DNA of 64,000 nucleotides from Anaerohalosphaeraceae bacterium (GCA_050309605.1 JBNRMN010000089.1:32001-96000), one strand, 5' to 3'; shown: positions 1 to 9,675, counted from the stretch's first letter. Notes: generated by a model from the sequence alone, not told the origin. A program made the numbers and translations.

Positions 1-2
1 GC

Positions 3-2102
3 AATAAACTCCGCATCGCCGTCAGCGGTAATTTCAACCGGCCAGGAATCGGTCAGCAATCCGCTGTTGGGGTCGGCCTGCTGATAAAACACAAATCGCA
101 CCGGCCCGACGGCCCGACCGGAGCCGGTTTGCAGATCATAACGGATGGTGCGTGCTTCAAACCGCGCAGGGGGGTGGGAAGTCTGCGATTCGGCGGTCTC
201 CAGCGCCGCCGCGGTGGTGGTCTCAAAACGTACCGGCTGAACCGCGCCGGATTCGTCGGCGGCAAACGCGATAAACGCCGCTTCCGTTTGCAGATGCCCG
301 CTGTCGGAAAGCAGACGAACATCGCCGGCCAGATCAGCCCGGGCAAGCTGACGTTGGTCGTCAAAATGAAACACCGCCGTATCAGCCGCGGCCGAGGACG
401 GCGACGCAGCGTCTGCGTTTTCAAAGCGTACCGCGCCTTCGAGCCGGGCGGCGGTCAGCGCATTGCCCGATCCAAAGGCCAGAAACGCCGAATCAGCCGC
501 GGTTTTCAATGTGCCGCGGCCCTGTAAATCCGCCGCCATACCGCCGGTCAAATTCACCGCAGCCAGTTCCAGTGCGGACGATTGGGCGGGCGGCTCGGCA
601 AAAAGCAGCTCCATCTGACCGGCAAAGGCAATTCGTCCGGCCTCGGTTGAATCGTCCTGTGCGCCGTGCACATACACCACCCCCGGACCGACGATCTGGG
701 CCTGATGGGTCTTGCGATCCCATACCACCGGCCCCTGCGTCTCAATGCGTCCGGCGGTTGATGAACCGCCGCCGAGCAAAATGTCGCTCTCGATCGCGCC
801 TCGGAACAGTTTGAGCACATCGGCGCTGATGTCATAATGCAGCAGGCCGCAATGGACCAGCGGCAGCGTTCCGTTCGGCGATTGAGGATCAAACTGCTCG
901 ATTCGCAGCGGCGCTCCGTTCATCTCAACCGCCATTGCCGCCGCAGGGAATCCATCCGAAACATGGTTCATCGGCTGAATCACAATCCCCCCGTCGCAGG
1001 TCACTATCACATCGCGGCTGTCGTCCGAATCAGTCTCGACCGGCGCCGTCGCGACGGGCGCCGGATCGACGGGCAAGGGGTCTGAGGGCGGCTGGTTCGG
1101 CAGCGCCGCGACCGAAGAAGTAGAGGATGACGCATCAATCCGTTCCGCTGCAGATGATTCGGCAGCAGTCGCCTGTTTAGGCGCATCAGGGTCCGGCGAA
1201 CGAAACAGAATGTTTTGAATGTTGACCTGATCGGCGCCGCCCACCACGATCCGGTCGCCGTAGCGAATCACGACATTATGTTCAATCACGCACTGATAGA
1301 GGCGCGACTGTTCGACGTCGTCGTCTTCAGGCTCTTTTGATTCAGGCTGCGACGGCTGCGTCTCCTGCGCAATAACCGCGCTTGACGGCGATGCGGCCTC
1401 GTTCCCAGCGGAGGGGGCGCCGGGCTGCGGGGCCGGCTCGGCCTGTACAACATTTTTCAGACGAAGCGACTCCAAATCCAGAATGTGCAGATATTCGACC
1501 TGCCCGTCCTGGGCATTGATCATCAGCACCAGGCCGCGACCTGACAGATCGACCTGACTGGATATCGCCCGAACGGGGCCATCGGTCGAAAATTCCGTTC
1601 GTTCGCTGCTGAACATCAAATCATCCATCAGAATCGTGGTCTCGGCCACGCGACTGTCCGGGGCGGGTTTGACCCGAATGACCACGTTGCCCTCCAGCCG
1701 ACCATCCTGAGGCACAACGCTCTGGCCGGTGCGCTCTATTTGAAATAGGCCGTTGTCGGCGTCGATGCGATATTCATAAGCGGATTCGTAAAAAATAATA
1801 TACGGTTTTTCGACCTGCCAGCGGGCGGAGGGGCTGGACGGATTGATCAGACGCGAAAACCCGAACACCCGCGTCACCTGGCGTGTTTCAGGATCGCGGG
1901 TGACATAATAGGACTGTTCGGCGCCGTGAATATAGGTTTGTCCGATGCGCCCGGCGGTATCCCCCGTCGCGGGCAGTTCCAGCTCTCGGCCGTTGTGCGT
2001 CCGCGGCGGCTCCAGCGTAGTTGAGCCGCTGAATCGGATATAGCCCCAATAGGCCGCCCCCGCCGCTGCCAGCCCCGCCAGAATGAGAATGACTTTTCGC
2101 AT
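3..2102 (-). CDS. Large membrane-anchored LptC/LptA(OstA)-like protein, 3' end beyond the left window edge (>=700 aa)
   Basis: Absent from the ORF track, consistent with no stop inside the window. Manual translation from ATG 2102 (AGGGA upstream): MRKVILILAGLAAAGAAYWGYIRF...WQVEKPYIIFY...IDADNGLFQI...DGRLEGNVVIRV; same frame still open at the edge (..WPVEITADGDAEFI). N-terminal TM then beta-rich sequence; lies directly after kdsD-kdsC, where lptC/lptA usually sit. Confidence 0.7.
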   Translation of the reverse strand, partial: MRKVILILAGLAAAGAAYWGYIRFSGSTTLEPPRTHNGRELELPATGDTAGRIGQTYIHGAEQSYYVTRDPETRQVTRVFGFSRLINPSSPSARWQVEKPYIIFYESAYEYRIDADNGLFQIERTGQSVVPQDGRLEGNVVIRVKPAPDSRVAETTILMDDLMFSSERTEFSTDGPVRAISSQVDLSGRGLVLMINAQDGQVEYLHILDLESLRLKNVVQAEPAPQPGAPSAGNEAASPSSAVIAQETQPSQPESKEPEDDDVEQSRLYQCVIEHNVVIRYGDRIVVGGADQVNIQNILFRSPDPDAPKQATAAESSAAERIDASSSTSSVAALPNQPPSDPLPVDPAPVATAPVETDSDDSRDVIVTCDGGIVIQPMNHVSDGFPAAAMAVEMNGAPLRIEQFDPQSPNGTLPLVHCGLLHYDISADVLKLFRGAIESDILLGGGSSTAGRIETQGPVVWDRKTHQAQIVGPGVVYVHGAQDDSTEAGRIAFAGQMELLFAEPPAQSSALELAAVNLTGGMAADLQGRGTLKTAADSAFLAFGSGNALTAARLEGAVRFENADAASPSSAAADTAVFHFDDQRQLARADLAGDVRLLSDSGHLQTEAAFIAFAADESGAVQPVRFETTTAAALETAESQTSHPPARFEARTIRYDLQTGSGRAVGPVRFVFYQQADPNSGLLTDSWPVEITADGDAEFI

Positions 2103-2125
2103 CGCAGTCCCTTTGTCTCTTGTAT

Positions 2126-2647
2126 TCATCGTCTGTAACGCTGCATCAACGGCTCCCACACGCCGGCCTGCTTGAGGATGTATTCGATGGTTTCGCCGAC
2201 GGCGCCGCTGCCGCCGGATCGGCATGTGGCCCAGTCGGCAACCTGCTTGAGATCCTCTGACGCATTGGCAACCGCCACGCCGAAGCCGACCCGCCGTACA
2301 ATCGGAATATCCATCAAATCATCGCCGACATAGGCAACCTGTTCGGGACGGAGGTCCAGTTCACTCAGCAGCGACTCAAAGGCCGGCAGTTTTTGCGTAC
2401 AGCCCTGATGAACATACTTGATGTCGAGCTGTTCAGCGCGCAGCGTCGTCGGTCGGCTGTCGCGCCCGCTGATGATCGCACTGAGACGCCCGGAACGATG
2501 CCACATTCGAATACGGTGGCCGTCATAGACGCAGAATCGTTTGCTCTCGGAGCCGTCCGAATGCACAATGATCCCGCCGTCGGTGAGCACGCCGTCCACA
2601 TCCATAATCAACAGTTGAATTTGGTTGAAATCTATCGCTTTGCCCAT
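2126..2647 (-). CDS. kdsC: KDO 8-phosphate phosphatase (HAD family)
   Basis: MDVDGVLTDG and YVGDDLMD motifs; follows kdsD; start trimmed to MGKAIDF. Confidence 0.92.
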   Translation of the reverse strand: MGKAIDFNQIQLLIMDVDGVLTDGGIIVHSDGSESKRFCVYDGHRIRMWHRSGRLSAIISGRDSRPTTLRAEQLDIKYVHQGCTQKLPAFESLLSELDLRPEQVAYVGDDLMDIPIVRRVGFGVAVANASEDLKQVADWATCRSGGSGAVGETIEYILKQAGVWEPLMQRYRR

Positions 2648-2665
2648 CGATTCTGTTTTTCTTTC

Positions 2666-2693
2666 TCTGACTTCTGACTTCTGACTTCTGTTC
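2666..2693. repeat. Heptamer tandem repeat (TCTGACT)x3 plus degenerate TCTGTTC in the kdsD-kdsC spacer
   Basis: Read directly: tctgact tctgact tctgact tctgttc. Confidence 0.85.
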
Positions 2694-3725
2694 TCACCCG
2701 ACAATCTTAATCGCGACGATATCCTGTACATCAATCAGACCGACCGGACGGTTGTCGGCATCCACAACCGGCAGTTCATCAATGCGGTACTTGTGAAAAA
2801 TGGCCATCGCCTCAGCCGCCAGCGTATCGGGACGAACGCGCTTGCAATCCGGCGTCATCACCTGCTGCGTTTTCATTCTCAAAGCATCGGCGCCCGCCGT
2901 CGAGATGGCCCTCCGCAGATCGCCGTCGGTGATAATCCCGGCCAGCCGCCCGTCGGCATTGACAATCATCACCGCCCCGCGGCGTTTCAGAGCGGCCGTT
3001 TTGTTCAGCATCTGCTCTACAGTATCCGTTTCCAAAGCCTGCGGCAGCGGCTCGTCGGGCTTGAACCACATCGTTTGTCCGACCGTCATCAGTTGCGCCC
3101 CCAGCGCCCCGGCCGGATGAAACCGTGCATAATCTTCAACGCTGAACCGCCTGGCTTTCATCACGGTCAGCGCCAACGCATCGCCGAGCGCCAGCATACA
3201 GGTCGTTGAAACACTCGGCGCTGCGCCTAATGGGCAGGCCTCGATGAGTTTGCCCATGCACAATGCCACATCGCTGTGACGCGCCAGCCGCGATTGCGCA
3301 TCGCCGACGATGGAGACCAGACAAATTTCCCGCTGCTTGAGCGGTTCAACCAGACGCAGGATTTCATCGCTTTCGCCGCTGTGGCTCAACGCCAGCACCA
3401 TATCGTCGTTTTGAATCCGCCCCAGGTCGCCGTGCACCGCCTCGGCCGGATGGAGAAAATGACTGGCCGTGCCGGTGGAGGCCAGCGTCGCGCTGATCTT
3501 GTTGCCGATTATGCCCGCCTTGCCGATGCCTGTAACGATCACCGAACCGCGGCAGGTTAAGAAAAGTTCCGCCGCGCGGACAAACGCCGGATCGCGCACC
3601 ACCGGAAGCAATCCGCGAACCGCCGCCGCCTCGGTCTTGATCACCTGTTCGGCAAACGCCGGATCAATCCGCCCGGCTGCGGTATCGGGGGCTGCCGTCT
3701 GTTCATAAGGCGTAGATTTCATCAT
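2694..3725 (-). CDS. kdsD: Arabinose-5-phosphate isomerase (KpsF/GutQ family; SIS + 2 CBS)
   Basis: TGIGKAG, ASTGT, HPAEAVHGDLG, FHPAGALG, C-terminal CBS pair; GAGGAG before ATG 3725. Confidence 0.93.
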   Translation of the reverse strand: MMKSTPYEQTAAPDTAAGRIDPAFAEQVIKTEAAAVRGLLPVVRDPAFVRAAELFLTCRGSVIVTGIGKAGIIGNKISATLASTGTASHFLHPAEAVHGDLGRIQNDDMVLALSHSGESDEILRLVEPLKQREICLVSIVGDAQSRLARHSDVALCMGKLIEACPLGAAPSVSTTCMLALGDALALTVMKARRFSVEDYARFHPAGALGAQLMTVGQTMWFKPDEPLPQALETDTVEQMLNKTAALKRRGAVMIVNADGRLAGIITDGDLRRAISTAGADALRMKTQQVMTPDCKRVRPDTLAAEAMAIFHKYRIDELPVVDADNRPVGLIDVQDIVAIKIVG

Positions 3726-3733
3726 GCGACTCC

Positions 3734-5260
3734 TCACGCAAACTTCACCGCACTGCCGCGTTCATCAAAACATTGAATTTGCACCGGCTCATTGTTGGCG
3801 CCCCATAAATCCGGAATGACGACCACTTGTTTTTCCAGGTCGGCTTCAAGCCGCGCCAGCACCTGACGTTTGTCATTCTGAAGAAACAGCGCCACTTCTT
3901 TGGGAGCGGTAATCTCGATGCGCTTGATTTCTTTGCGGGAGGTCGCCAGACGCAACTGCCGCAGGATTTCAATGGCCTGCGACTCGAAACTTTTGATCAT
4001 CCCGGAGCCTTTGCAGTGCGGACACATCAGATACGTACTGGATTGCAGCGAAGGGCGCATCCGCTGCCGCGTCAGTTCAATCAGTCCGAATGCGCTCATC
4101 TTCAGCGCACGCGACCGCGCCCGATCGGTGCGAAGGGCCTCGCGAAAGGCTTTTTCCACTTCACGTTTGTTTTTGTTGTCGCGCATATCGATGAAATCAC
4201 AGATAATCAACCCGCCCAAATCCCGCAGCTTGAGCTGACGAACGATCTCACGCGCCGCTTCCAGATTGATCTGCAGAGCCGTCCGCTCGGCGTTGTTCTG
4301 TTTGCGGTATCGTCCGCTGTTGACATCAATAGCGACCAGCGCCTCGGTTTGTTCGATCACCAGCGAACCGCCGCTTTTGAGCTGCACATGGCTGGACTGT
4401 ATCTTTTCGATTTCCTTCTCGATATTATAACGATTAAACAGCGGCGCCTTGCCGTCATAATAGATGACGCGGCGTTTCAGACGCGGCTGGACAATCGACA
4501 AAAAATCGCGGATTCTCTTCGTCACCGACTCGCCGTCGCAATAAATCTTGCTGATGGTGTTGTCAAAAATATCACGCACGGTTCGAATCGCCAGATCGGA
4601 TTCCTGATAAAGTTCACCCGGCACCTTGTCTTTTTCAATTTTCTTGCTGACCACACTCCAAAGGCGGTTCAGATAAGCAATATCATTTTGCAGCTCGCGT
4701 TTGTTGGCCATCTGCGCAGCGGTGCGGACAATCAGTCCCGCCTGCCGCGGCAGGTTCAGACTTTCCATCGTTTCGCGCAGTTTTTTGCGCTCGGCCTCAT
4801 CTTCGATTTTCTGCGAAATGCCCACCCCGCTCATCCAGGGCATCAGCACCATATACTTGCCCGGCAGCGACAAATACGTCGTCAGGGTCGGACCTTTGGT
4901 ATTGATGCCTTCTTTGATCACCTGAACAACGATGTCCTGGCCTTTTTTAAGACATCGCTGAATGGGGGGGCGCTGGCTGAGGGCCTTGCGGCGTCCGATG
5001 TTTTCCACCTCGTCGGACTTGCCGCTGAAATAGCGGGGGTGCAGATCGCTGATATGCAGAAATCCGTTTTTGGCCGCGCCGAAATCGATAAACGCCGCCT
5101 GAATAGCCGACTCGACATTGATCACCCGCCCTTTGTAAATATTCCCGACGTGACTGACCAGGGCAGTTCGCTCGGTATAGAGCTCTTCCAGCGACCCGTC
5201 CTCAACGACAGCCACGCGACATTCTTCATCCGTTACATTAATCAGCATTTCTCGCGTCAT
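3734..5260 (-). CDS. rng: Ribonuclease E/G family
   Basis: GNIYKGRV..AAFIDFG S1 domain, AIDVNSG, LRDLGGLIICDFIDM, CPHCKGSG Zn-link; short length (~510 aa) fits RNase G. Confidence 0.9.
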   Translation of the reverse strand: MTREMLINVTDEECRVAVVEDGSLEELYTERTALVSHVGNIYKGRVINVESAIQAAFIDFGAAKNGFLHISDLHPRYFSGKSDEVENIGRRKALSQRPPIQRCLKKGQDIVVQVIKEGINTKGPTLTTYLSLPGKYMVLMPWMSGVGISQKIEDEAERKKLRETMESLNLPRQAGLIVRTAAQMANKRELQNDIAYLNRLWSVVSKKIEKDKVPGELYQESDLAIRTVRDIFDNTISKIYCDGESVTKRIRDFLSIVQPRLKRRVIYYDGKAPLFNRYNIEKEIEKIQSSHVQLKSGGSLVIEQTEALVAIDVNSGRYRKQNNAERTALQINLEAAREIVRQLKLRDLGGLIICDFIDMRDNKNKREVEKAFREALRTDRARSRALKMSAFGLIELTRQRMRPSLQSSTYLMCPHCKGSGMIKSFESQAIEILRQLRLATSRKEIKRIEITAPKEVALFLQNDKRQVLARLEADLEKQVVVIPDLWGANNEPVQIQCFDERGSAVKFA

Positions 5261-5268
5261 GATAGATT

Positions 5269-5946
5269 TTATTCTCCTTGCCAATGTTTTGCTTGCGATA
5301 CCCAGCCTGCGGCAATACGCCGCACCGGTTCGGCCAGATCGGCCGGGGCCAATTCAAGCCAGCGCATCAGTTCATCAACACGAACCGTCCCTTCCGGGCG
5401 AATCGTGCACTGTACCTCAACATTTGTTCCAGTGTGGGTTAATTGCCTCAGAAAGGGACCAATATCGATTTCTCGCTGTTTGCGCTGTTCCGTTTGTCGC
5501 CGCAGAACAACAGGTTCACGCGCCTGCAACTGCCGCAGACAACGGTCAAAACGGGCCTGCCGCAAAGGATCCGGCGGCCGGGTCAGTATAAATTGATATG
5601 TCGCCGACACAGGATAAAACGACGCCCTGCCCGGAACAACATCCGTAAAAATCAGTGTACAGCCGTCCGGCAGCAGCGGCACAATCGCATCACGTGCCGT
5701 TTGGGCGCAAAAGCCCTCCGCCGACACCCGCGCGCACAATCGCTCACAATCCGACTGCACACCCACACTGCGCGGCAGCGGCAGCGACAGGCGCGGATGC
5801 GGATTGTACCCCTGTGAAAAGATCAGCGGCACCTGCGCTCGCACCAAAATCCGCCGCCACAACGACAACGTTTCCTGATGTGACAAAAACGCCAATCGGC
5901 CGTGTATCTTAAAATCCGCAATGAACGTCACATACTCCGTTTGCAT
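5269..5946 (-). CDS. Radical SAM-linked protein (DUF2344/TIGR03936 family)
   Basis: FLSHQE...SQGYNPHPRLSLPLPRSVGVQSDCE signature; usual position upstream of RNase E/G. Confidence 0.85.
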   Translation of the reverse strand: MQTEYVTFIADFKIHGRLAFLSHQETLSLWRRILVRAQVPLIFSQGYNPHPRLSLPLPRSVGVQSDCERLCARVSAEGFCAQTARDAIVPLLPDGCTLIFTDVVPGRASFYPVSATYQFILTRPPDPLRQARFDRCLRQLQAREPVVLRRQTEQRKQREIDIGPFLRQLTHTGTNVEVQCTIRPEGTVRVDELMRWLELAPADLAEPVRRIAAGWVSQAKHWQGE

Positions 5947-5956
5947 CCGCCGGTCT

Positions 5957-7693
5957 CTAAAAGTTTTCCGGCAAAATTTTCAACGCCGCATCACGCAGCA
6001 CATTTTTGATTTGCCGACTCGAATCCAGCGCGGCGGCCCGTCGAGCCAACTGGCCGCATTCTTCTATCGAGACGGAACGTATAATCTGTTTGACCTCCGG
6101 AATCATCGGCACCGCCAGCGACAACGTCCGGACCCCCATCCCCAGCAGCAGCATAATAAATTCCGGATCCGACGCCACCTCGCCGCACACGCTTAGCCCG
6201 ATTCGGGCCTTGTGGGCGTCCTGAATCACGCCGCGAATCAGACGCAGCACCGCCGGTTCGGCCGGCGAAAACAGCGTCGAAACGTGCTCATTGGCGCGAT
6301 CCACCGCCAGTGTATATTGAATCAAATCGTTGGTGCCGATGCTGAAAAAATCCGCTTCCTGCGCCAGCAGCCCGCCCGTCAGCGCCGAACTGGGCGTCTC
6401 TATCATAATCCCGACCGGAATATCGGCATTATACGGCACGGCGTACTCGTCCAGATCCTCCATCACATCCCGCAGAATCATTTTGGCCTGCCGCAGTTCC
6501 TGCAGGTTGGTGATCAGCGGAAACATCACACGCAGATCGCCGAGCACCGACGCCCGCAGAATCGCCCGAAGCTGCGTCTTGAACATCGGCAAATCCTGAA
6601 GACAATAGCGAATCGACCGCAAACCCAGCGCCGGATTCGTTTCATTGGGGTGCCAGCTTGAATGCGGCATCTTGTCGGCGCCGAGATCCATCGTGCGAAT
6701 CACGACGGGTTTGTCTTTCATGGTACGGATGGTCTCCGCATACGCATGATAGTGGTCGTCCTCGGTCGGCTCCGACCCGCCGTACAAATAGAGAAATTCC
6801 GTGCGGTACAAACCGATGCCGTCGCCGCCTTTTTCAAGCACCTGTTCGGCTTCATCGGGAAATTCGATATTGCCCATCAATTCCACGCGCACACCGTCGC
6901 GCGTCTGGGCGGGCAATTCGCGCAGCACATTCAATTCGCTGACAAACTGTGTGACGCGCTCGGCGTAGCGCGCGTATTGCTGGAGCGTCTCTTCGTCCGG
7001 ATCAATAATCACCACGCCGCGATTGCCGTCCACGATCACCTGGCATTCCGGCGGAATTTCCGAAGACAGATCCCCCAGCGCCACCACCGCCGGAATCCCC
7101 AGCGAACGGGCCACAATCGCAGTATGGCTGGTCCGTCCCCCCCGCTCGGTGGCAAAGCCCTTGACAAAGGATTTATTAAACCCGGCCGTCTGGGTGGGCG
7201 TCAGGTCATGGGCCAGAATCACCACCTCATCGCGCAAGTGCTCAATATTATCTTCAACGCGCCCCAGCAGGTGCTTGAGCAGGCGCTTTTCAATATCGTA
7301 AATATCCGCCGCCCGCTCGCTGATGTAGGGATCGTCAATGCCGGCAAAGTGCGATGCAATCTCGCGCAAAATAGTGGACACCGCATACTCGGCGGTCACC
7401 ATTTCTTTGTAGATTAAATCGGTGATGCGCTTGCGAAAGCTCTTGTCCCGCAAAAAACGCATATGCACCGCAAAAATATCGCCGATTTTGCTTTCTTCAA
7501 TCCGTTTGGCCGACTTGATGTCATCCAGTTCCTGGATCGCCCGGGCAAAGGCCTTGCGCACCCGCTGAATCTCGGAGGCCCGCTGCGAAGCCATAATCGA
7601 CCGTCGCGGAATACGATAGTCGCGCGAGTCAATGACCATTGCTTTGGCAATCGCAATCCCCGGCGAAACCGCTATGCCCTTTCTAATCTCCAT
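5957..7693 (-). CDS. ptsI: PTS enzyme I
   Basis: GGRTSHTAIVARS (phospho-His), GIGLYRTEFL, FFSIGTNDLIQY, VCGE. Confidence 0.95.
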   Translation of the reverse strand: MEIRKGIAVSPGIAIAKAMVIDSRDYRIPRRSIMASQRASEIQRVRKAFARAIQELDDIKSAKRIEESKIGDIFAVHMRFLRDKSFRKRITDLIYKEMVTAEYAVSTILREIASHFAGIDDPYISERAADIYDIEKRLLKHLLGRVEDNIEHLRDEVVILAHDLTPTQTAGFNKSFVKGFATERGGRTSHTAIVARSLGIPAVVALGDLSSEIPPECQVIVDGNRGVVIIDPDEETLQQYARYAERVTQFVSELNVLRELPAQTRDGVRVELMGNIEFPDEAEQVLEKGGDGIGLYRTEFLYLYGGSEPTEDDHYHAYAETIRTMKDKPVVIRTMDLGADKMPHSSWHPNETNPALGLRSIRYCLQDLPMFKTQLRAILRASVLGDLRVMFPLITNLQELRQAKMILRDVMEDLDEYAVPYNADIPVGIMIETPSSALTGGLLAQEADFFSIGTNDLIQYTLAVDRANEHVSTLFSPAEPAVLRLIRGVIQDAHKARIGLSVCGEVASDPEFIMLLLGMGVRTLSLAVPMIPEVKQIIRSVSIEECGQLARRAAALDSSRQIKNVLRDAALKILPENF

Positions 7694-7699
7694 ATATGC

Positions 7700-8014
7700 T
7701 TAACCGTCATCCTTTTGGCCGACGCCTGATTGCGACGACACATCCGAAACAATTTGATCGAGCAGTTCCTGCAAAGATGCAATCGCTTTACGCGCATCGG
7801 CGCCTTCGGCACGTATCTTCAATCGCGTTCCGCAGGTCGCCGCCAGCATCGTCATCTGCATAATGCTTTTGGCATCCACCGTGGTGTCCTGATTACTGAC
7901 CGAAATCTCCGCATCAAAGGTATTCGCCAGGTCCACAAACTGCATGGCAGGCCGCATATGCAGCCCTTCGGGGTTGCGAACCTCAACTTCAATTTCATAA
8001 CTCGATTCGGGCAC
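7700..8014 (-). CDS. ptsH: HPr family phosphocarrier
   Basis: NPEGLHMRPA (His15) and DAKSIM (Ser46); GTG start after AAGGAG. Confidence 0.92.
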   Translation of the reverse strand: MPESSYEIEVEVRNPEGLHMRPAMQFVDLANTFDAEISVSNQDTTVDAKSIMQMTMLAATCGTRLKIRAEGADARKAIASLQELLDQIVSDVSSQSGVGQKDDG

Positions 8015-8061
8015 CTGACGCTCCTTAATACGTATCGGCACAGATCATTTCGACCCCGGAC

Positions 8062-8535
8062 CTATTCAGACACTTCCCCATCCGAATCCCTGATCGCTTC
8101 GATAATATCCTGTGCACTTTGAGACTGACGCAGAAAACGACGAAAATCATCGTTCTGGAGATTTCTGAAGATCGTCTCCATGGCCTGAAGATGCTTGTCC
8201 GGGTTGGTGGTCGGACTGAGCAGCAGAAAAATCGTATAAACCGGCTGCTTGTCCAGCGACGAAAAATCGATGCCCGACGCCGAACAGCCCACCACCGCCA
8301 CCAGCCGCGTGACGCCTGTATGTTTGACGTGCGGCACCGCCACGCCTTTGCCGATGCCGGTACTGGCTTCATTTTCACGCTGGATGACCGCACGAGTCAG
8401 CGTCGTCGGGTCCGCTTTACCCAGTTTCTTCTTTTTATGCAGCGACATAATCAACTCTTCAATCGCGGCATTTCGATCGGTAGCCGCCAATTGGGGAACA
8501 ATCGCATCAAAGCAAATGATGTCAGACAATTTCAT
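8062..8535 (-). CDS. PTS IIA domain protein (PtsN/fructose-type IIA)
   Basis: RENEASTGIGKGVAVPH motif; lies between hpf and HPr; AGGAG before ATG 8535. Confidence 0.9.
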   Translation of the reverse strand: MKLSDIICFDAIVPQLAATDRNAAIEELIMSLHKKKKLGKADPTTLTRAVIQRENEASTGIGKGVAVPHVKHTGVTRLVAVVGCSASGIDFSSLDKQPVYTIFLLLSPTTNPDKHLQAMETIFRNLQNDDFRRFLRQSQSAQDIIEAIRDSDGEVSE

Positions 8536-8591
8536 AGTTTCTCCTAAAGCGAACTGTCTCTCGACGACCTGCAATTTTCGGCGTTGCCGAC

Positions 8592-8954
8592 TCAGGCCAC
8601 GTCTTCTTCCTGAATCTGCGTTTTTTCGGCCAGCCGTTCACGTTCAGCCGGCGCTGGGTGCTTGTTGTCGCGCTGTTTTTCTTTAAGTTTGCGAAGCTGA
8701 CGCTCCATCTTGTGCATGGCCAAATCGATGCACGCATACAGGTCTTCTCCGCTTTCCCGGGCGACCACATCGTCGCGATGTTCCACGCTGGCAATGATTT
8801 CGACGCTCTGCATTACGCCTGTGCTCTTTTCCACAATCACTTCGACCTGGCTGACCGAATTAAAATAACGCGGCAGTTTGGCCGCTTTTTCCTCAATGTG
8901 AGCACGTATGGCGTCTGTAACTTCAATGTGCTTACCCGTGATTGTAACAATCAT
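8592..8954 (-). CDS. hpf: Ribosome hibernation factor HPF/RaiA
   Basis: ITGKHIEVTDAIRAHIEEK...DLYACIDLAMHKMERQLRKLKEK. Confidence 0.93.
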   Translation of the reverse strand: MIVTITGKHIEVTDAIRAHIEEKAAKLPRYFNSVSQVEVIVEKSTGVMQSVEIIASVEHRDDVVARESGEDLYACIDLAMHKMERQLRKLKEKQRDNKHPAPAERERLAEKTQIQEEDVA

Positions 8955-8976
8955 AATTTCTTCCTGAAAAAAGTTA

Positions 8977-9675
8977 TTATTTACCAGACTTTACCTGTTT
9001 CTCCGCTTCAAAAGCCATCTGCTCGGTGGGGGTAATCACCCCCCCGCTGATCACAAAACGCAGCGCTTCTTCAATTGTATAATCCAGCTCAATAGTCTCG
9101 CTTTTGGGTGTCATAATAACATATCCCGTAAACGGCGTCGGCGAGGTCGGCACAAAAACCGTCAAAAACTCATCCTGGGCGGCCGAAACCACGCGCTTGA
9201 TTCCGGTACCCGTCACCAAACCGATCGACCACGTGCCTTTACGCGGATACTCCAGCGCAACCACCTTGCTGAATGTTAAATCTTTTTTGGCCAGCAGAAA
9301 ATCGGTTACCTGCTTGATATTCGGATACACACTGCGAATCAGAGGGATATTGGCCAGGCCGTTCTCAAAAAAACGCCACATCGTCCGACCCACCACACTG
9401 GCCAAAAATGCCCCAATAAACACCACACCGATAACGGCGATGAAGAACCCCGTTATTTTCCCCGGCCCATCGACCCAAAACTCAACCAAAAACGCTTTGG
9501 AGTAATGGGGAGCCAACCAAAGGATAACGTGCACCACGCCGCGGTTGATGTGAACACTGATTTTATCCTGAATAAAGATATAACATTGTACAAAAATCCA
9601 AATTGTCAGAATCGTCGGCAGTAACGCAGCCAAGCCGCGAAAAAAATAAGTTCGAAAATTGCGTAACGCTTCCAT
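8977..9675 (-). CDS. DUF502 membrane protein
   Basis: TM segments, IPLIRSVY, EYPRKG, VFVPTSPTPFTGY, VISGGV. Confidence 0.88.
   Translation of the reverse strand: MEALRNFRTYFFRGLAALLPTILTIWIFVQCYIFIQDKISVHINRGVVHVILWLAPHYSKAFLVEFWVDGPGKITGFFIAVIGVVFIGAFLASVVGRTMWRFFENGLANIPLIRSVYPNIKQVTDFLLAKKDLTFSKVVALEYPRKGTWSIGLVTGTGIKRVVSAAQDEFLTVFVPTSPTPFTGYVIMTPKSETIELDYTIEEALRFVISGGVITPTEQMAFEAEKQVKSGK

Noticed and set aside
53..1123. Short Arg/Pro-rich ORFs at the left end
   Set aside because: All overlap the long minus-strand frame 3-2102, which explains the region better
3827..5596. 589-aa plus-strand ORF, and the many other antisense or overlapping ORFs in the track
   Set aside because: Shadows of well-supported genes on the opposite strand or in another frame
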